A DNA stretch of 64,000 nucleotides from Deltaproteobacteria bacterium (lineage in GTDB: Bacteria; Myxococcota; Kuafuiibacteriia; Kuafuiibacteriales; Kuafuiibacteriaceae). A program made the position numbers and the translations under genes. Under the pieces are notes generated by a model. The model was not told where the DNA came from, ran no database searches, and saw nothing but the letters and a program-made list of their open reading frames with translations. The stretch spans positions 384,001-448,000 of the forward strand of contig JAVJQW010000070.1 in NCBI GenBank assembly GCA_040218735.1, in the 5' to 3' direction. Each line of letters starts with the position of its first letter. The stretch's first letter is position 1. Below are positions 9,784-22,600 of the stretch, one piece after another.

Positions 9784-10156
9784 ACTCCACCACGAACGCG
9801 TCCTCGATGATCTCGATCTCGGTCGGGCCCCAGCGCCGATCCACGATCGACACGACGTCGAATCGCACCACTGGTTCGGTGCCGGGTGCGAAGCGCTGCG
9901 CGAGGTAGGCCATGGCGCCGCGGATCAGGTGGCGTTGTTTGGTACGCCCGATCGTCTCCGCAGGGGTGCCGCAGGCGTCGTTTTCGCGGGCCCGGATCTC
10001 GACGATGCACAGGACTTCGCGGTGCCAGGCGATGCGATCGATCTCGGCGCCCGCGCCGCGCCAGTTGCGTTCGACGATGCGGTAGCCGGCGCGGCGCAGC
10101 GCGCGTTCGGCGTCGGCCTCGCGGTCGGCGCCCCAGCGTTGACTTGGACTCGGCAT
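9782..10156 (-). CDS. yraN: YraN (UPF0102) family endonuclease-like protein
   Basis: GYRIVERNWR...EIDRIA...IVEIRAR...GTPAETI...KQRHL...VRFDVV...IEDAF; start ATG 10156. Confidence 0.9.
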   Translation of the reverse strand: MPSPSQRWGADREADAERALRRAGYRIVERNWRGAGAEIDRIAWHREVLCIVEIRARENDACGTPAETIGRTKQRHLIRGAMAYLAQRFAPGTEPVVRFDVVSIVDRRWGPTEIEIIEDAFVVE

Positions 10157-10190
10157 GACGCCGAACCACTCAGCAGGTACTGTGCCGACG

Positions 10191-10496
10191 TTGGGGCTGT
10201 ACGAGCTACTGTGTGAGGTGGCGGACGCCGAGACGGTCGGCGCGCCCCGTCCGGAGCGCGCGCTGGAGCAGGTCGTGACGGATCGACTGCGGGCGTACGC
10301 GTCGAAGCTGCAGGGCCACACCCCTCGCGACCTGTACGCGCTGATCATGCCGCAGCTCGAGCGCCCGCTGATTCGCGTCGCGATGGAGCTCGCGGGCGGC
10401 CAGCAGGTCGGCGCGGCGCGGATGCTCGGCATCCACCGCAACACCCTCCGTGTCCGGCTGCGCGCGCTGGGGATCGCGAAGGAGCGCTCGTCGTGA
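10191..10496 (+). CDS. Fis-family HTH DNA-binding protein
   Basis: DLYALIMPQLERPLIRVAMELAGGQQVGAARMLGIHRNTLRVRL (HTH_8). Start uncertain (ATG 10155 or TTG 10191). Confidence 0.82.
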   Translation: MGLYELLCEVADAETVGAPRPERALEQVVTDRLRAYASKLQGHTPRDLYALIMPQLERPLIRVAMELAGGQQVGAARMLGIHRNTLRVRLRALGIAKERSS

Positions 10497-11201
10497 GGCC
10501 GCGCATCGTGATCACGCTCGACACCGGTGAGGCGCTGCGCCGCGGCGTTCCGTTTCCGACGGTCCATACCAAGGCGGCGTACGTCGCGGCGGTGGAGCGC
10601 GCGGGCGGGCTCCCGATCCTGGTCGCTCCGACCGCGGACGACGAAGTCGCCGACGCGCTCTTCGCGTTGGCGGACGGGCTGGTCGTCACGGGCGGTGACT
10701 TCGACATCCCGCCCGAGCAATTCGGCGCCGCGCCGGCGTCCGGGACGCGGGTGGATCCGCCGAAGCCGTTGCGCACGCGGTTCGAGTGGCGCATGACCGA
10801 AGCGGCGCTGGCGCGCGGCGTCCCGGTGCTGGGGATCTGCGGCGGGATGCAGCTGCTGAACGTGGTGCTCGGCGGGACGCTGCACCTGCACATCCCGGAC
10901 GTGATCGACGGAGCGCTCGAGCACGAGCAACCGACCTCCCCCGCCGCGCCGGCGCACCCCGTGGTGCTCGAGCCCGGCGGGTTGTTGCAGCGCCTCGTGG
11001 GTCGAGCGGAGATCGCGGTGAACACGACGCACCACCAGGCGGTCGCCGAGCTCGGCCGCGGCTTGGTGGTCGAGGGCCGCGCGCCGGACGGCGTGGTGGA
11101 GGCCATCGCGGCGACGGAAGGCTTCGCGCTGGGCGTGCAGTGGCACCCGGAGCTGCTGGGGGATGACGTGAGCGCGGCGGTGTACGGGGCGCTGGTCGCC
11201 C

Positions 11202-11215
<14 letters not shown>
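10493..11215 (+). CDS. Gamma-glutamyl-gamma-aminobutyrate hydrolase family (peptidase C26)
   Basis: [44 protein letters not shown] (catalytic Cys/His/Glu). Confidence 0.92.
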
Positions 11216-11806
<591 letters not shown>

Positions 11807-11814
11807 TTCCCTTG

Positions 11815-14217
11815 CTAGGGCTCGGGAGGGAGGAACCCCCGCACCCGAACGCCCTCCTCCCCCACCACCACCGTCACCGCGCCGTCCCGATCCGTCCGCC
11901 ACACCTGCGCCCCCGCGGCGCGCCAGCGCTCGACGACCTCCGCGTGCGGGTGGCCGAAGCGATCCCGGTGGCCCACCGTGAACACCACGTGCGCCGCGCG
12001 CGTCGCCGCGACGAAGGGATCCGTCGACGACGTTCGGCTCCCGTGGTGCGGCGCCTTCACGACGTCGGCCCGCACCGCGCTCCCCGCCAACAACCGCGCT
12101 TCGGCGTCGGCCTCGATGTCGCCGGTCAACAGCACGCGTCGGTCCCCGAGCGCGATCTCCAAGACGATCGAGGCGTCGTTCTCGCTCGCGTAGGTCGTCG
12201 GGTCGTCCGGCGCGAGGACGCGCACCGTCGCCTCACCGAAGGTGAACGTGTCCCCCGCGCCGACCCGGCGTGTCTTCGCCCCCTCCAACCCCTCGATCGG
12301 CTGGCGCGCGTCGCCGTTGATCCACACCTCGCCGACGTCGAGCCGCTCCATCACCGTCGGCAGCGACCCGGCGTGGTCCGCGTCGGCGTGGGAGATCACC
12401 ACGACGTCCGCGCGGCGTTGGCGGCGGTTGAGGAGGAACGGCACCACCACGCGCTCCGCCGCGTCGCGGCCCCAGCCCGGCGGTCCCGTGTCGACCAACA
12501 TCGTCGCGCCGCCCGGGAGCTCGACCCACACCGCGTCGCCGTGGCCGACCGGGAGGAACGTCAGCGTCACGTCGTCGGACGTCCACCGCGCGACGTAGGT
12601 CGATCCGATCGACGCCATCATCATCGCGAGACACAACGACCCCACCGCGATCCACCGCCTGGCGAACGGACGGTTCGTGAACCCGATGACCGCGCCGTAG
12701 AAGAGGATCGCCTCGGGGATGGTCGGCGTCGGCAACACCACCGACGACAGCGGCCACGACGCCGACCACATCGCGAGCCACACCAACACCTCCGCCGCCC
12801 AACCCGCCACCGCGAGCACCGGCGCCGCGAGGACGTCGCTCACACAACCGAGGAGCCCGCCGAGCAACGACAAGGGCACCAACACCAGCGACGACAGCGG
12901 CGCCGCCGGCACGTTGGCCACGAGGCCGGCCAAGGAGAGCCGGTTGAAGTGTCGTGCGACGAGCGGCGCCGTCCCGATCGTCGCCGCGAGGCTCGCGAGG
13001 AAGACTTCGCCCGTCGCCCGCGTGCCGCGCGGCCACGTCGACAGACGTGTGACGTCACGCAGCGCCGGATAGATCCGCAGGAGCGCGACGACCGCGGCGA
13101 AGGACAGCTGGAACGAGACGTCTCCGAGCGTCGTCGGATCCCACGCGACCATCACGATCAGCGCGAAGGCCAACATGCTCCAAGCCTCGGCGACCCGCCC
13201 CACGAGCCGCGCCGACAACAGCGCGAGCACCATCGCGCCCGCGCGCACCGCCGACGGCGAAGCGCCGACCAGCAACGTGTAGAGCACGACGAACGGGATC
13301 GCGATGAGCGCCGACGTCGGCTTCACACCCCACCCCAACGCCACACGACGGACGCGGCGCAGGATCCACGCGACGCCGATGACGAAGAGCCCGGAGACGA
13401 TCGCGAGGTTCAGGCCGCTCACCGCGAGGAGGTGCGAGAGGCCGGACCGAACGAAGGCGTCGTTCGTGTCCGGCGGGATGCCGGAGGTGTCACCGGTGGC
13501 AAACGCACGAACCACCGCGGCCGACTCGGCGGGGAGCGCGCGACCGACGGCGTCGTGGAGCGCGGCGCGGAGGCGCTCCATCGTCGTCACCAACCCGCCG
13601 CGCTCCGCCGGGGCGAGCACGAGACAATGCGACGGCGCTTTGGCGTTCGCGTACGCGGTGATGCCGCGGCGGGCCGCGAGCGCTCGACGGGGGACCCCGC
13701 CGGGGAAGTCGTTCGCGCGGACGGGCGCGACCTTCGCGAACACGCGGATGCGATCGCCCGGTGCTCCGCAGGCCGCGTCGGCGCCGTCGATCGACACGCC
13801 GAGCCGCCCCTCGACCGGCGACAACGGGACGCCGATGGCGGTCGCCGTGCCCACCAGGTCGACGTTCATCTGCACGCGGTCGGGCCGGAGCTGCGGGGCC
13901 TCGCGGACCAGCCCCTCCAGGAGGACGGGGGCGGTGTGCTCCGGGCCGACGACCGTGGAGAGGGATTCTTGGGGCGGGAGGCGGAGCTGGCCGGTGACGA
14001 TCCCCGCGAAGAAGAACGCGAGGGGCACGAACGCGACGGCGAGGACCCGACGGTAGTGCGCGAGCGCCAGCGTGAGGGCGACGAACAGCGCAGTCGCGAT
14101 GAGGTTGTCGACGAGTTTGTGGCCGTCGACGAGGGCACCGAGCGCGTAGGCGGTCGCGGCGAGCACGAGAGGCCGGCCGCGGCCGCGGGGGCTGCTCGTC
14201 GGGGTCACGGCGCGCAC
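11815..14217 (-). CDS. comEC: DNA uptake competence protein ComEC/Rec2
   Basis: [29 protein letters not shown]; metallo-beta-lactamase domain [42 protein letters not shown]. Confidence 0.95.
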   Translation of the reverse strand: MRAVTPTSSPRGRGRPLVLAATAYALGALVDGHKLVDNLIATALFVALTLALAHYRRVLAVAFVPLAFFFAGIVTGQLRLPPQESLSTVVGPEHTAPVLLEGLVREAPQLRPDRVQMNVDLVGTATAIGVPLSPVEGRLGVSIDGADAACGAPGDRIRVFAKVAPVRANDFPGGVPRRALAARRGITAYANAKAPSHCLVLAPAERGGLVTTMERLRAALHDAVGRALPAESAAVVRAFATGDTSGIPPDTNDAFVRSGLSHLLAVSGLNLAIVSGLFVIGVAWILRRVRRVALGWGVKPTSALIAIPFVVLYTLLVGASPSAVRAGAMVLALLSARLVGRVAEAWSMLAFALIVMVAWDPTTLGDVSFQLSFAAVVALLRIYPALRDVTRLSTWPRGTRATGEVFLASLAATIGTAPLVARHFNRLSLAGLVANVPAAPLSSLVLVPLSLLGGLLGCVSDVLAAPVLAVAGWAAEVLVWLAMWSASWPLSSVVLPTPTIPEAILFYGAVIGFTNRPFARRWIAVGSLCLAMMMASIGSTYVARWTSDDVTLTFLPVGHGDAVWVELPGGATMLVDTGPPGWGRDAAERVVVPFLLNRRQRRADVVVISHADADHAGSLPTVMERLDVGEVWINGDARQPIEGLEGAKTRRVGAGDTFTFGEATVRVLAPDDPTTYASENDASIVLEIALGDRRVLLTGDIEADAEARLLAGSAVRADVVKAPHHGSRTSSTDPFVAATRAAHVVFTVGHRDRFGHPHAEVVERWRAAGAQVWRTDRDGAVTVVVGEEGVRVRGFLPPEP

Positions 14218-14281
14218 GCTGACAGCGATGTGCGGCGGGCGTCACGGGTGGAGGCGCGAAATCCGCCCGAAAATCGTTCCG

Positions 14282-14310
14282 TTGACCGGGTGAGTGCACC
14301 TTGCTAGCCG
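14282..14310 (+). promoter_or_regulatory. Putative sigma70 promoter of the foldase gene (leaderless layout)
   Basis: TTGACC-N17-TAGCCG with extended TG, 8 nt before ATG 14319. Confidence 0.5.
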
Positions 14311-14318
14311 ATGCGATC

Positions 14319-15524
14319 ATGAGACTCGGACGTATCGGTTCCGTGGCCCTCGTGGCCCTCCTCGCCGGCTGCCCGGCCAACGACAACAAGCCCGAGCCGG
14401 CGGCCGGCGCGAGCGCGACGGCCAACGAGGGTGCCGCGTCGAAGAACACGACGAAGGCGCCGCCGAAGCCGAACACCACGATCCCCGAGATCGTGCTCCC
14501 GCCCGGTGACGGACCGGCGGCGATCGTCGGTGGCGTCGAGGTCCCGCGCGCGGTCTTCAACCGCGAGTACAAGCAGACGCTCGAGCGCTACTACCGTGCG
14601 CGTCACGACGTGAAGCCGCCGCTGATGGAGCGCCTGAAGGACAACATCGTCCGGCGCCTCATCGACGCGGAGCTCATTCGCCAGCAGGCGAAGGCGCTCG
14701 GCGTGAAGGTCGACGAGACGGAGTTCGCGGAGAAGTGGAAGAAACACAAGGAGCGCTACGGGAGCGAAGAAGGCTTCAAGGCGTTCCTCGAGCGCGCGGG
14801 CACGACGTCGGAGGATGTCGAGCGGCAGTTCCACGACAACCTCCTTCGCGAGCAGGTCTTCCAGAAGGTCTCCGAGGGCGTGAAGGTCGACGCGAAGGAC
14901 GTCAAGGCGTTCTACGAGAAGAACGAGAAGCGCTACCAGGAGCCCGAGAAGGTCAAGGCGAGCCACGTCCTGATCAAGGTCCCGCCGAACGCGTCGGAGG
15001 ACGAGGTCGCGAAGGCGAAGGCGCGCATCGAAGAGGCGAAGAAGAAGCTCCAGGGCGGCACCGCGTTCGAGCAGGTCGCGAAGGAGTACAGCATGGACAA
15101 CACGAAGGACCGCGGCGGCGACCTCGGGTTCTTCATCAAGGGCCGCATGGTGAAGCCGTTCGAAGAGGCGGCGTGGAAGGCCAAGGTCGGCAAGGTGGTC
15201 GGGCCGGTGAAGACGCAGTTCGGCTGGCACCTCATCAAGAAGACCGACCACGTGAAGGCGCGGAAGCGCCCCTTCTCCGAGGTGAAGGATCAGATCGCAC
15301 GCTCGCTCGAGGCACGTCAGCGCAACCAGACGATCCGCGAGTCGCTGGAGACGTGGCGCAAGGAGACGAAGATCGACGTCCTCATCAAGGGCGACCCGAA
15401 GATCATCAGCAGCGCCGCCCCGCCGAAGTTCAACAAGAGCGTGAAGAACATCCAGCCCAAGAAGCTCGACCTGAAGGGCATGCAGCGCCGCGGACCGGAC
15501 ACCTCGGACCAGCCCGCCCAGTAA
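14319..15524 (+). CDS. PpiC/parvulin peptidyl-prolyl isomerase lipoprotein (SurA/PrsA-like)
   Basis: Lipobox LAGC; SurA-N-like helices; VKASHVLI, FEQVAKEYSMD, GGDLGF, MVKPFEEAAW, TQFGWHLI. Confidence 0.92.
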   Translation: MRLGRIGSVALVALLAGCPANDNKPEPAAGASATANEGAASKNTTKAPPKPNTTIPEIVLPPGDGPAAIVGGVEVPRAVFNREYKQTLERYYRARHDVKPPLMERLKDNIVRRLIDAELIRQQAKALGVKVDETEFAEKWKKHKERYGSEEGFKAFLERAGTTSEDVERQFHDNLLREQVFQKVSEGVKVDAKDVKAFYEKNEKRYQEPEKVKASHVLIKVPPNASEDEVAKAKARIEEAKKKLQGGTAFEQVAKEYSMDNTKDRGGDLGFFIKGRMVKPFEEAAWKAKVGKVVGPVKTQFGWHLIKKTDHVKARKRPFSEVKDQIARSLEARQRNQTIRESLETWRKETKIDVLIKGDPKIISSAAPPKFNKSVKNIQPKKLDLKGMQRRGPDTSDQPAQ

Positions 15525-15675
15525 GTCGAACCTGATCTCAGGGTCGGATCTGGAATACGGGTCTACAGAAATTGATCCGAAAACAAACTTCGCTGCACGA
15601 CATCACCCGGACTCAGCCGTAGGATGCGCGGGTTCGCCCCGCCAGCCTCGCGGGGTGTTGGGGAGGGTCGGTGTC

Positions 15676-18600
15676 GTGCGGCGTGTATCCATCTTCTGTC
15701 TTCTCGTTTCGATCGTCTCGGTCGGCGCGTGCAGCCCGGACGGGCCGAGCGTCACCGTCGCGTTCGATTGGTCGGACGGCGCGCCCACGGGGTCGCAGCT
15801 GTTCGCGCGAGCGCGCGTCGAGACCACGGACGGCCGAACCCTGTCCGAGTCCCCGGTCGTTGCGTACGCGCCCGGCGTAGCGCTGCAGCTCCCTTCGATC
15901 CCGATCGGCGCGGAGCGTGTCATTCGCGCCGAGCTCGTCGCCGAGCCGAACCTCGCGGCGCGCGCGCTCTACTACGGCGTGTCGGAACCCTTCGAGCTCA
16001 CGGCCGACGCCGACGTCACCGCGAGCGTGCGCGTAGCGATGCACGGCGCCCCGACCATCGACTGTAGCTCGGGCTTCGGAGGGCTCTTGGTGCGAGGCGC
16101 TCAGCGCAACGTCGTCGGTCGTGAGGACATCGAGCTGTTGGTCCCAGCGCGGGATGCGGTGAGCGTTCGGCGCTCGGAGGGCGCCGCGCCGACGACGTCG
16201 ACGGAGGCCATCCCGATCGCCGACCGCGTCGTGACTTCGACCGCGAGCCCGACGTTCACGACCTACGCGGTCCCGTGGACGCTCACCTCGTGCGCGCGGG
16301 CCGAAGTCTGTCAGCGCACCGTGTTCGTGGAGGCGGTCGACGCCGAGGGCTACGCGTCCGCGGTGTGTCGCGCGCAGGTCGAGCTCGATCAGCTCGGCCC
16401 GACGATCGTCGACGAGACGTTCTCGATGACGATCACGCCGCCGCCCGACAGCCTGTTGCGCGAAGTGGACGACGCGAAGCTCGGCGCGCTCGTGCGGGTG
16501 AGCGTCGGCCTGTCCGAACCGCTCGAGGACACCGCTCCGAGTCTGGACGCGGTGTCCGCCTCGGCCGTCATCCCGTTCACGTTCGTGCAACGCCAAGGCA
16601 CGCTGGTCGTCTTCGAGCTCCTCGTCGACACGACGCACGCGAGCGACACGTACGACCTCGAGCTCATGTCGAGCGACCTCTTCGGCAACATCGCGTCCCA
16701 CGTGCTCGAGAGCCCGCTGACGATCGACAAGGAGGCCCCGCCGCCGGTCATCAACACGCCCGGGGCGTCGATGCAGCTGCACGTCACGCCGCGCGGGAGC
16801 ACCGCGACCAACAGCGTCCCGCGGCTGACGATCACGGCCTCGCCCGGGTCGTTCCTCGATACGCAGGCGATCGCGGTTCGCGCGCCGGGGACGAACCAGC
16901 TCTTGGGGATCCCGTTCGTGGACGAGACCCGAGGGCTGCCCGAAACAGAGCTGGTCCCGCTGGATGTCGCGACGGTCGAGGTCCTCTCGATCGACGCCGC
17001 CGGCAACGTCGGCGATCCGCGGATCGTGCGCGACGTGCTGCGAACGGTGCGTGTCGCCGACGACACCGAAGTCGACGTTCGGTACGCCCCGCAGACCCGA
17101 ACGTCGGCGTGGCAGCAGCTCGATCGGCTCGGCATACCGATCACGGCGACGCAACGCGAAGGGCTACGCGCCATGGACGGCTCGACGATCGAGAGCGTCG
17201 CGCAACCGCGCTGGCGAGAGACGCGTCGCTCGAAGCTGAGCCCGCTGGATCGCTCGCACCTCGACATGGTCTACGACCCGATTCGCGGACGCACCGTGAT
17301 GTTCGGAGGCAACGGTGGGCTCGCCAACACCTACCGAGGTCCGACCTGGGAGTGGGTGCGCGACGAGTGGCGCGACGTCTCGCCCCCGACCGAAGCCCCG
17401 ACGCGCTGGGGCCACGCGATGGTGTTCGACCGCAAGCGCGGGCGGACCATGATGTTCGGCGGCATCGACAACCTGGATATCCGCGGCGACGTCTGGGAGT
17501 GGGACGGCGCGGACTGGATCGAAAACGCGCAGGCCGGAGAGATGAACGTGCTCCGCCGGTACCACTCCGGCATCGCCTACGACTCCACGTTGGGTCGAGT
17601 GATGGTCTGCGGCGGCTGGCTCCCCGTCGGGACGCAACCGCTCATCTACGATGATTGCTGGTACTGGGACGGCTACGCGTGGACGCCAGGCCCAACGCTC
17701 CCCGACCAACGGTGGCTCCACGACATGGCCTACGATCCGGTGCACGCAAGGTTCGTCATCTTCGGCGGCCGAGACGAGAGCTATGCGTTCCTGCGGGACG
17801 TTCTCTACAACGACGGCGTCGGCTGGACGGTGGCGGCAACCGAGCAGCCGACCATGTTCGTCCCGCGATTCGTTTGGGAACCCGTCAGCAGCGCGCTGTA
17901 CGCCTACGGTTTCGAGCTCATGCCGTCGGGCAACCCGCACCCGAACCCGCAAGACCTCTGGCGATGGGACGACACCCAGGCGCAGCTGGAACCGGTCACC
18001 TCCAGCCCGGGACGACCGCCGCTGCGGATCGATCAGGCCGTCGCCGTCGACGAGGAGGACGGTACGATTCTGCTGTTCGGAGGCTCCACCGACTATCCCG
18101 ACTACGAAGGGTATCTGGACACGTGGGCCTTGAAGGACGGCACCTGGTACGACGCGACACCGCGTCTGACGGGGCCGTCGACCCGCTCCGGGCACGCACT
18201 GGTCTACGACTCCGTTCGTCAGGTCACCCTGCTCTTCGGCGGGTTCGAACGACCGGGCGTCCTTCGCGCCGACCTCTGGGCCTGGGACGGCTTCTCGTGG
18301 CGGTGCCTCAAGGCCGACGCGCTCAGCCCAGTCTCCGACGCGTGCGCGGACGGAGCGGGCGGAAACGCTCCGACGCCGCGGATGGCCGTCGCCGCAGCGT
18401 TCCACGCGAACACGGGGTCGATGGTCGTGCACGGCGGCTGCGAAGTCGGCAACAACCGCGGAGAGTGCGTGGCCAACGCGGCTCGCCTCGATGAGACCTG
18501 GGTGTGGGACGGAACGGCCTGGAGCCAGCTTCCGGGTCCGCCTCCACGATCCGACGCCGCCATGACGGCGATGGGCCCCGGACAGCTCCTCCTCGTGGGC

Positions 18601-19560
18601 GGTTGCGACGCCACGACCTCGCCCGACTTCTTCGCGCGCTGCATCTCGCTCGGCGACGCGTGGCTCTTCGAAGGCGCGAGCTGGCGGCCCGTCGCGCAGT
18701 CCAGCACCACGAGCCACGCACGCCCGTCGCTCACCTACGTGGACGGTGTCGGCGCCGTGCTGTTCGGGGGCTGTGACGCGGTCTCGAACCTTCAGGGCGG
18801 CGCTAACCCACGCGCCTGCCCGACGGGGACGTTCGTCCTGCCGAACGCCGACGCGCCCGCGTGGATCGAAGTATCCACGTCGACCGCGCCAGCCGTGCGA
18901 TCCGGTGCCGCCTTCGTTTACGACGCGCGACGTCAGCACGCCGTCTTGTTCGGCGGCGAGGATCCTGCGAACGGCCGCTTCCGCGACACGTGGTTCTTCG
19001 ACGGCAACGACTGGTCACGCCGCGTCACGCGCGCCAGCCCAACGCCCCCCGGCAACAACGGCCGTCGCGCGGTCTACGACCGTGCGCGCGAACGCGTCGT
19101 GCTCTACGGCGACGGCGATCCGTTCGGCCTCAACTCGGGGGTCTGGGAGTACGCGTACGATCGCGAGGAGCGCCCGGCCTGGGTCATGACGTTGAGGTGG
19201 AACCAGCTGTTCGCCTCACTGTTGGATGTCCAGTCGGTGCAGATCGCGGCGGTCGCCGGCGGGAGCGGCGTCTCCGACGCGATGGTCCCCCAGGTGGGCG
19301 CTCAACTCGAAGCCTGGGACGCCGTCCGAGGCGCCTGGGAGCTCATCGAACAGCACGACCAACCCCGCCTCGACACCCTCCAGCTCGACGCCGCCGATCC
19401 CACCGCCGCGAACCGCTGGTTCGTGGAGCGCGACGCGCAGCTCTACCTCCGCGTCACGCCGCGCGGCTACGACCTCGGCCCGACGCCCGCGCAGGTGTCG
19501 CTCGACTACGTCGAAGCGACGGTGCGGTACACCCTCCCGGAAGCCCCTTTGGTGCCCTGA
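15676..19560 (+). CDS. Large Kelch-repeat lipoprotein, paralog A (~1294 aa)
   Basis: GGGAGG before GTG 15676; lipobox VGAC; beta-sandwich N-terminal half; more than 10 Kelch-like blades (YDxxRxRxVxFGG...TWxW). Confidence 0.85.
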   Translation: MRRVSIFCLLVSIVSVGACSPDGPSVTVAFDWSDGAPTGSQLFARARVETTDGRTLSESPVVAYAPGVALQLPSIPIGAERVIRAELVAEPNLAARALYYGVSEPFELTADADVTASVRVAMHGAPTIDCSSGFGGLLVRGAQRNVVGREDIELLVPARDAVSVRRSEGAAPTTSTEAIPIADRVVTSTASPTFTTYAVPWTLTSCARAEVCQRTVFVEAVDAEGYASAVCRAQVELDQLGPTIVDETFSMTITPPPDSLLREVDDAKLGALVRVSVGLSEPLEDTAPSLDAVSASAVIPFTFVQRQGTLVVFELLVDTTHASDTYDLELMSSDLFGNIASHVLESPLTIDKEAPPPVINTPGASMQLHVTPRGSTATNSVPRLTITASPGSFLDTQAIAVRAPGTNQLLGIPFVDETRGLPETELVPLDVATVEVLSIDAAGNVGDPRIVRDVLRTVRVADDTEVDVRYAPQTRTSAWQQLDRLGIPITATQREGLRAMDGSTIESVAQPRWRETRRSKLSPLDRSHLDMVYDPIRGRTVMFGGNGGLANTYRGPTWEWVRDEWRDVSPPTEAPTRWGHAMVFDRKRGRTMMFGGIDNLDIRGDVWEWDGADWIENAQAGEMNVLRRYHSGIAYDSTLGRVMVCGGWLPVGTQPLIYDDCWYWDGYAWTPGPTLPDQRWLHDMAYDPVHARFVIFGGRDESYAFLRDVLYNDGVGWTVAATEQPTMFVPRFVWEPVSSALYAYGFELMPSGNPHPNPQDLWRWDDTQAQLEPVTSSPGRPPLRIDQAVAVDEEDGTILLFGGSTDYPDYEGYLDTWALKDGTWYDATPRLTGPSTRSGHALVYDSVRQVTLLFGGFERPGVLRADLWAWDGFSWRCLKADALSPVSDACADGAGGNAPTPRMAVAAAFHANTGSMVVHGGCEVGNNRGECVANAARLDETWVWDGTAWSQLPGPPPRSDAAMTAMGPGQLLLVGGCDATTSPDFFARCISLGDAWLFEGASWRPVAQSSTTSHARPSLTYVDGVGAVLFGGCDAVSNLQGGANPRACPTGTFVLPNADAPAWIEVSTSTAPAVRSGAAFVYDARRQHAVLFGGEDPANGRFRDTWFFDGNDWSRRVTRASPTPPGNNGRRAVYDRARERVVLYGDGDPFGLNSGVWEYAYDREERPAWVMTLRWNQLFASLLDVQSVQIAAVAGGSGVSDAMVPQVGAQLEAWDAVRGAWELIEQHDQPRLDTLQLDAADPTAANRWFVERDAQLYLRVTPRGYDLGPTPAQVSLDYVEATVRYTLPEAPLVP
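19306..19538 (+). repeat. 233-bp near-identical direct repeat, copy 1 (3' end of paralog A)
   Basis: Matches 23307-23539 with 4 mismatches by manual comparison. Confidence 0.92.
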
Positions 19561-19637
19561 TGATGATCGATTCGCGTCCGTCACGTCACGTGTTCCGCAG
19601 TGTTCGTCTCGCCACGGACGAGCGGGAGGTCAGCTCG

Positions 19638-22600
19638 ATGCGCCGAGTCTTCGTCTTCTTTGGTTTATTGCTCGGGACCGCGTGCTCCGCCGAGGGACCT
19701 CAGATCGAGGTGATCTTCGACTGGGCCGGTGCAAGGCCGAACGTGTCGGAGCTCTTCGCGCGGGCGCGCGTCGAGTCGACGGACCGTCGGACGCTGTCCG
19801 AGTCGACCATCCTTCCCTACGCTCCCGACGCGAGCCTCGAGCTCCCTTCCATTCCCATCGGGACGGACCGCATCATCCGCATCGAGCTCACGGCGGAACC
19901 GGATCCCACGACACGCGCGCTCTTCTACGGAATCTCCGAGCCCTTCGATCTCGCCGCCGACGTCGACGTAGCACCATCCGTGCGGGTCGCCATGCGGCCC
20001 GCGCCCCGCATCGACTGCAGCGGAGGTTTTGGCGGAATCACCGTGCGCGGAGCGGCGCGAAATGTCGTTGGTGACGAAGACGTCGAGCTGATGGTGGCAA
20101 CCGACTACGGATCCAGCGTCCGCGTGTCCGAGGGCGGCCCGCCGTCACCGGCGACGCCGCGGATCGAGCTGGTCGCGCCGGTCGACTCGCCGTCGACCGC
20201 GTCCTTCCCGATGTTCGCCGTCCCCTGGACACTCGCCTCGTGCAACACGGGTGAAGTCTGCCAGCGGCGCGTGTTCGTCGAGGCGCTCGACGAGGAAGGC
20301 TACGCGTCGGCCGTGTGCCGGGCGGAGATCGACCTCGACCAAGAGGGCCCCACACTCGTCGATGAAACGTTCTCGCTGACGATCACACCTCCGCCCAACA
20401 GCCTCCTCCGCGAAGTCGATCGCGCGACGGTGGGCGCCAACGTGCGGGTGAGTGTTGGCCTGTCAGAACCGCTCGCCGACATCGATCCGCAGCTCGAAGC
20501 CGTATCGTCGTCGGTGCTCGGCTTCACGTTCCTCCAGCGGCAAGGCACGCAGGTCGTGTTCGAGCTCGACGTGAAGGGGACCCACGCGGACGGCGTCTAC
20601 GCCCTCGAGCTCGTCTCCACCGATCGCTTCGGAAACGCGAGCGCGCACCAGCTCCCGCTGACCCTCACGATCGACAAGCGCCCACCACCACCGGCCGTCA
20701 ACGACCCCGGCGATCCGCATTCCACGGGAGGCCCCGTCTGGGCGCCTGGCGCCGCTCGCACCCGTTCGATGACGGTTCACGTGTCCCCGGCCGGAAGCGC
20801 AGCCACGAACGGTCGACCGAGCCTCACGATCCAGGCACAGCCGCGCACGTTCGATGGAGCGACCGCCATCGCCGTTCGTGCGCCGGGCACCAACCAGATC
20901 CTCGGCATCGCCGCGGTACGTCCCGACGGCGGCCTCGAGGAGACCGATCTCGTTCCGCTCGACGTCGCTACCGTACAAGTCCTTACGATCGACGCGGCCG
21001 GAAATGTTGGCGCGCCGAGGATCGTCCGCGACGTGATTCGAACGGTCCACGTCGTGGAGAGCGCCGATGATGCGGAGGTCGAGGTCCGAAGGGCACCTCA
21101 GACCCGGACTTCCGCGTGGCAACAACTCGACCGCCTCGGCACGCCGATCACGGCACGAGACAGAGCGGCCCTGAGCGGCCGCGACGGTTCGATCGTCAGC
21201 GTGGACGCGGAACCCCGCTGGCGTGAGACGCGGCGCTCCAAGCGCAGCCCGGCGGACCGCTCCAACCCCGGCCTTGCTTACGATGCGATCCGCGGACGCA
21301 CCGTTCTGTTCGGGGGGCACGATGGCGTCGTGAACCTCAGCCGAACGCCGACGTGGGAGTGGGTCGCCGACGAGTGGCGCGACGTCTCCCCCGCGACCGA
21401 GGTCCCGGCGCGGTGGGGGCACCGCCTGGTCTACGATCGCAAACGCGGACGCACCGTTCTGTTCGCCGGCATCGATCCGCGCGCCATTCGTGGCGACCTC
21501 TGGGAGTGGGACGGCTCGGACTGGGTCGAGAACGTCGAGGCCGGCGAGATGTCCGTGCTCCGGCGCTACCACCACGCGATGGCCTACGACTCCACGCACG
21601 GCCGCACGCTGATGTGCGGAGGTTGGCTGCCGCGCTACCCCCCGGGCGTGACCGTGATTCACGAGGACTGCTGGTACTGGGACGGCTACGCCTGGACTCC
21701 GGGGCCCGACATGCCCGGCCGGCGGTGGCTCCACGACATGGTCTACGACCCCGTCGCGCAGCGCTTCGTCGTGCACGGCGGGCGGTTGGGTGAAGCACAG
21801 AACTACGCGTACATCGGCAGCGTGTTGTACGGCGATGGCGCGCGTTGGACGAAGGCAACGACGACCGCCAAGCCCGACATGAGCAACCACCGCATCTTCT
21901 GGGATCCCGTGACCACGTCGGTCTTCGCGTACGGTCTGGTGCCCTTCAAGTACGACTTCTGGCGATGGGATCCGGTCAGCGCCGGCCTCGAGCCGGTGCC
22001 TTCGGGCGGGGTGCGACCGCCGGAGCGGCTCGACCACGCCATGGCCTACGATGAAGACGCGGGCGCCGCGCTCCTGTTCGGAGGCACGAGCAGCTACCCG
22101 GACTTCGAGCAGCACAGGGATACCTGGGGGTTCAAGGACGGCGCCTGGATCGACATGACCCCCAGCCAACGCGGCCCGTCCACGCGATCCGGACACGCGC
22201 TGGCCTACGACGCCCGACGTGGCGTGACCGTGCTCTTCGGCGGCATCGACCGCGCCGGAACGCTCCGCGCGGACGTCTGGTCCTGGAATGGCTTCCAGTG
22301 GAGCTGCGAAGCCGGCGACGCGCTGAGCCTGCCGAGCGACGGATGCGCCTCCGTCCCGTCCCCCGCCCCGACTCCACGCATCGCGATGGCGAGCGCCTAC
22401 CTCGCCACATCGAACCAGGTCGTGATTCACGGCGGCTGCGAGATCGGCTCGAACCGCGGCGAGTGTGATCCAACCGCGCCGCGCCTCGACGAAACATGGA
22501 TGTGGGACGGCAACACGTGGTCGCAGGCGGAAGGTCCACCGGCTCGCGCCGACGCCGCGATGACGGCCGTAGGGCCGGGACAGCTCCTCCTCTTCGGCGG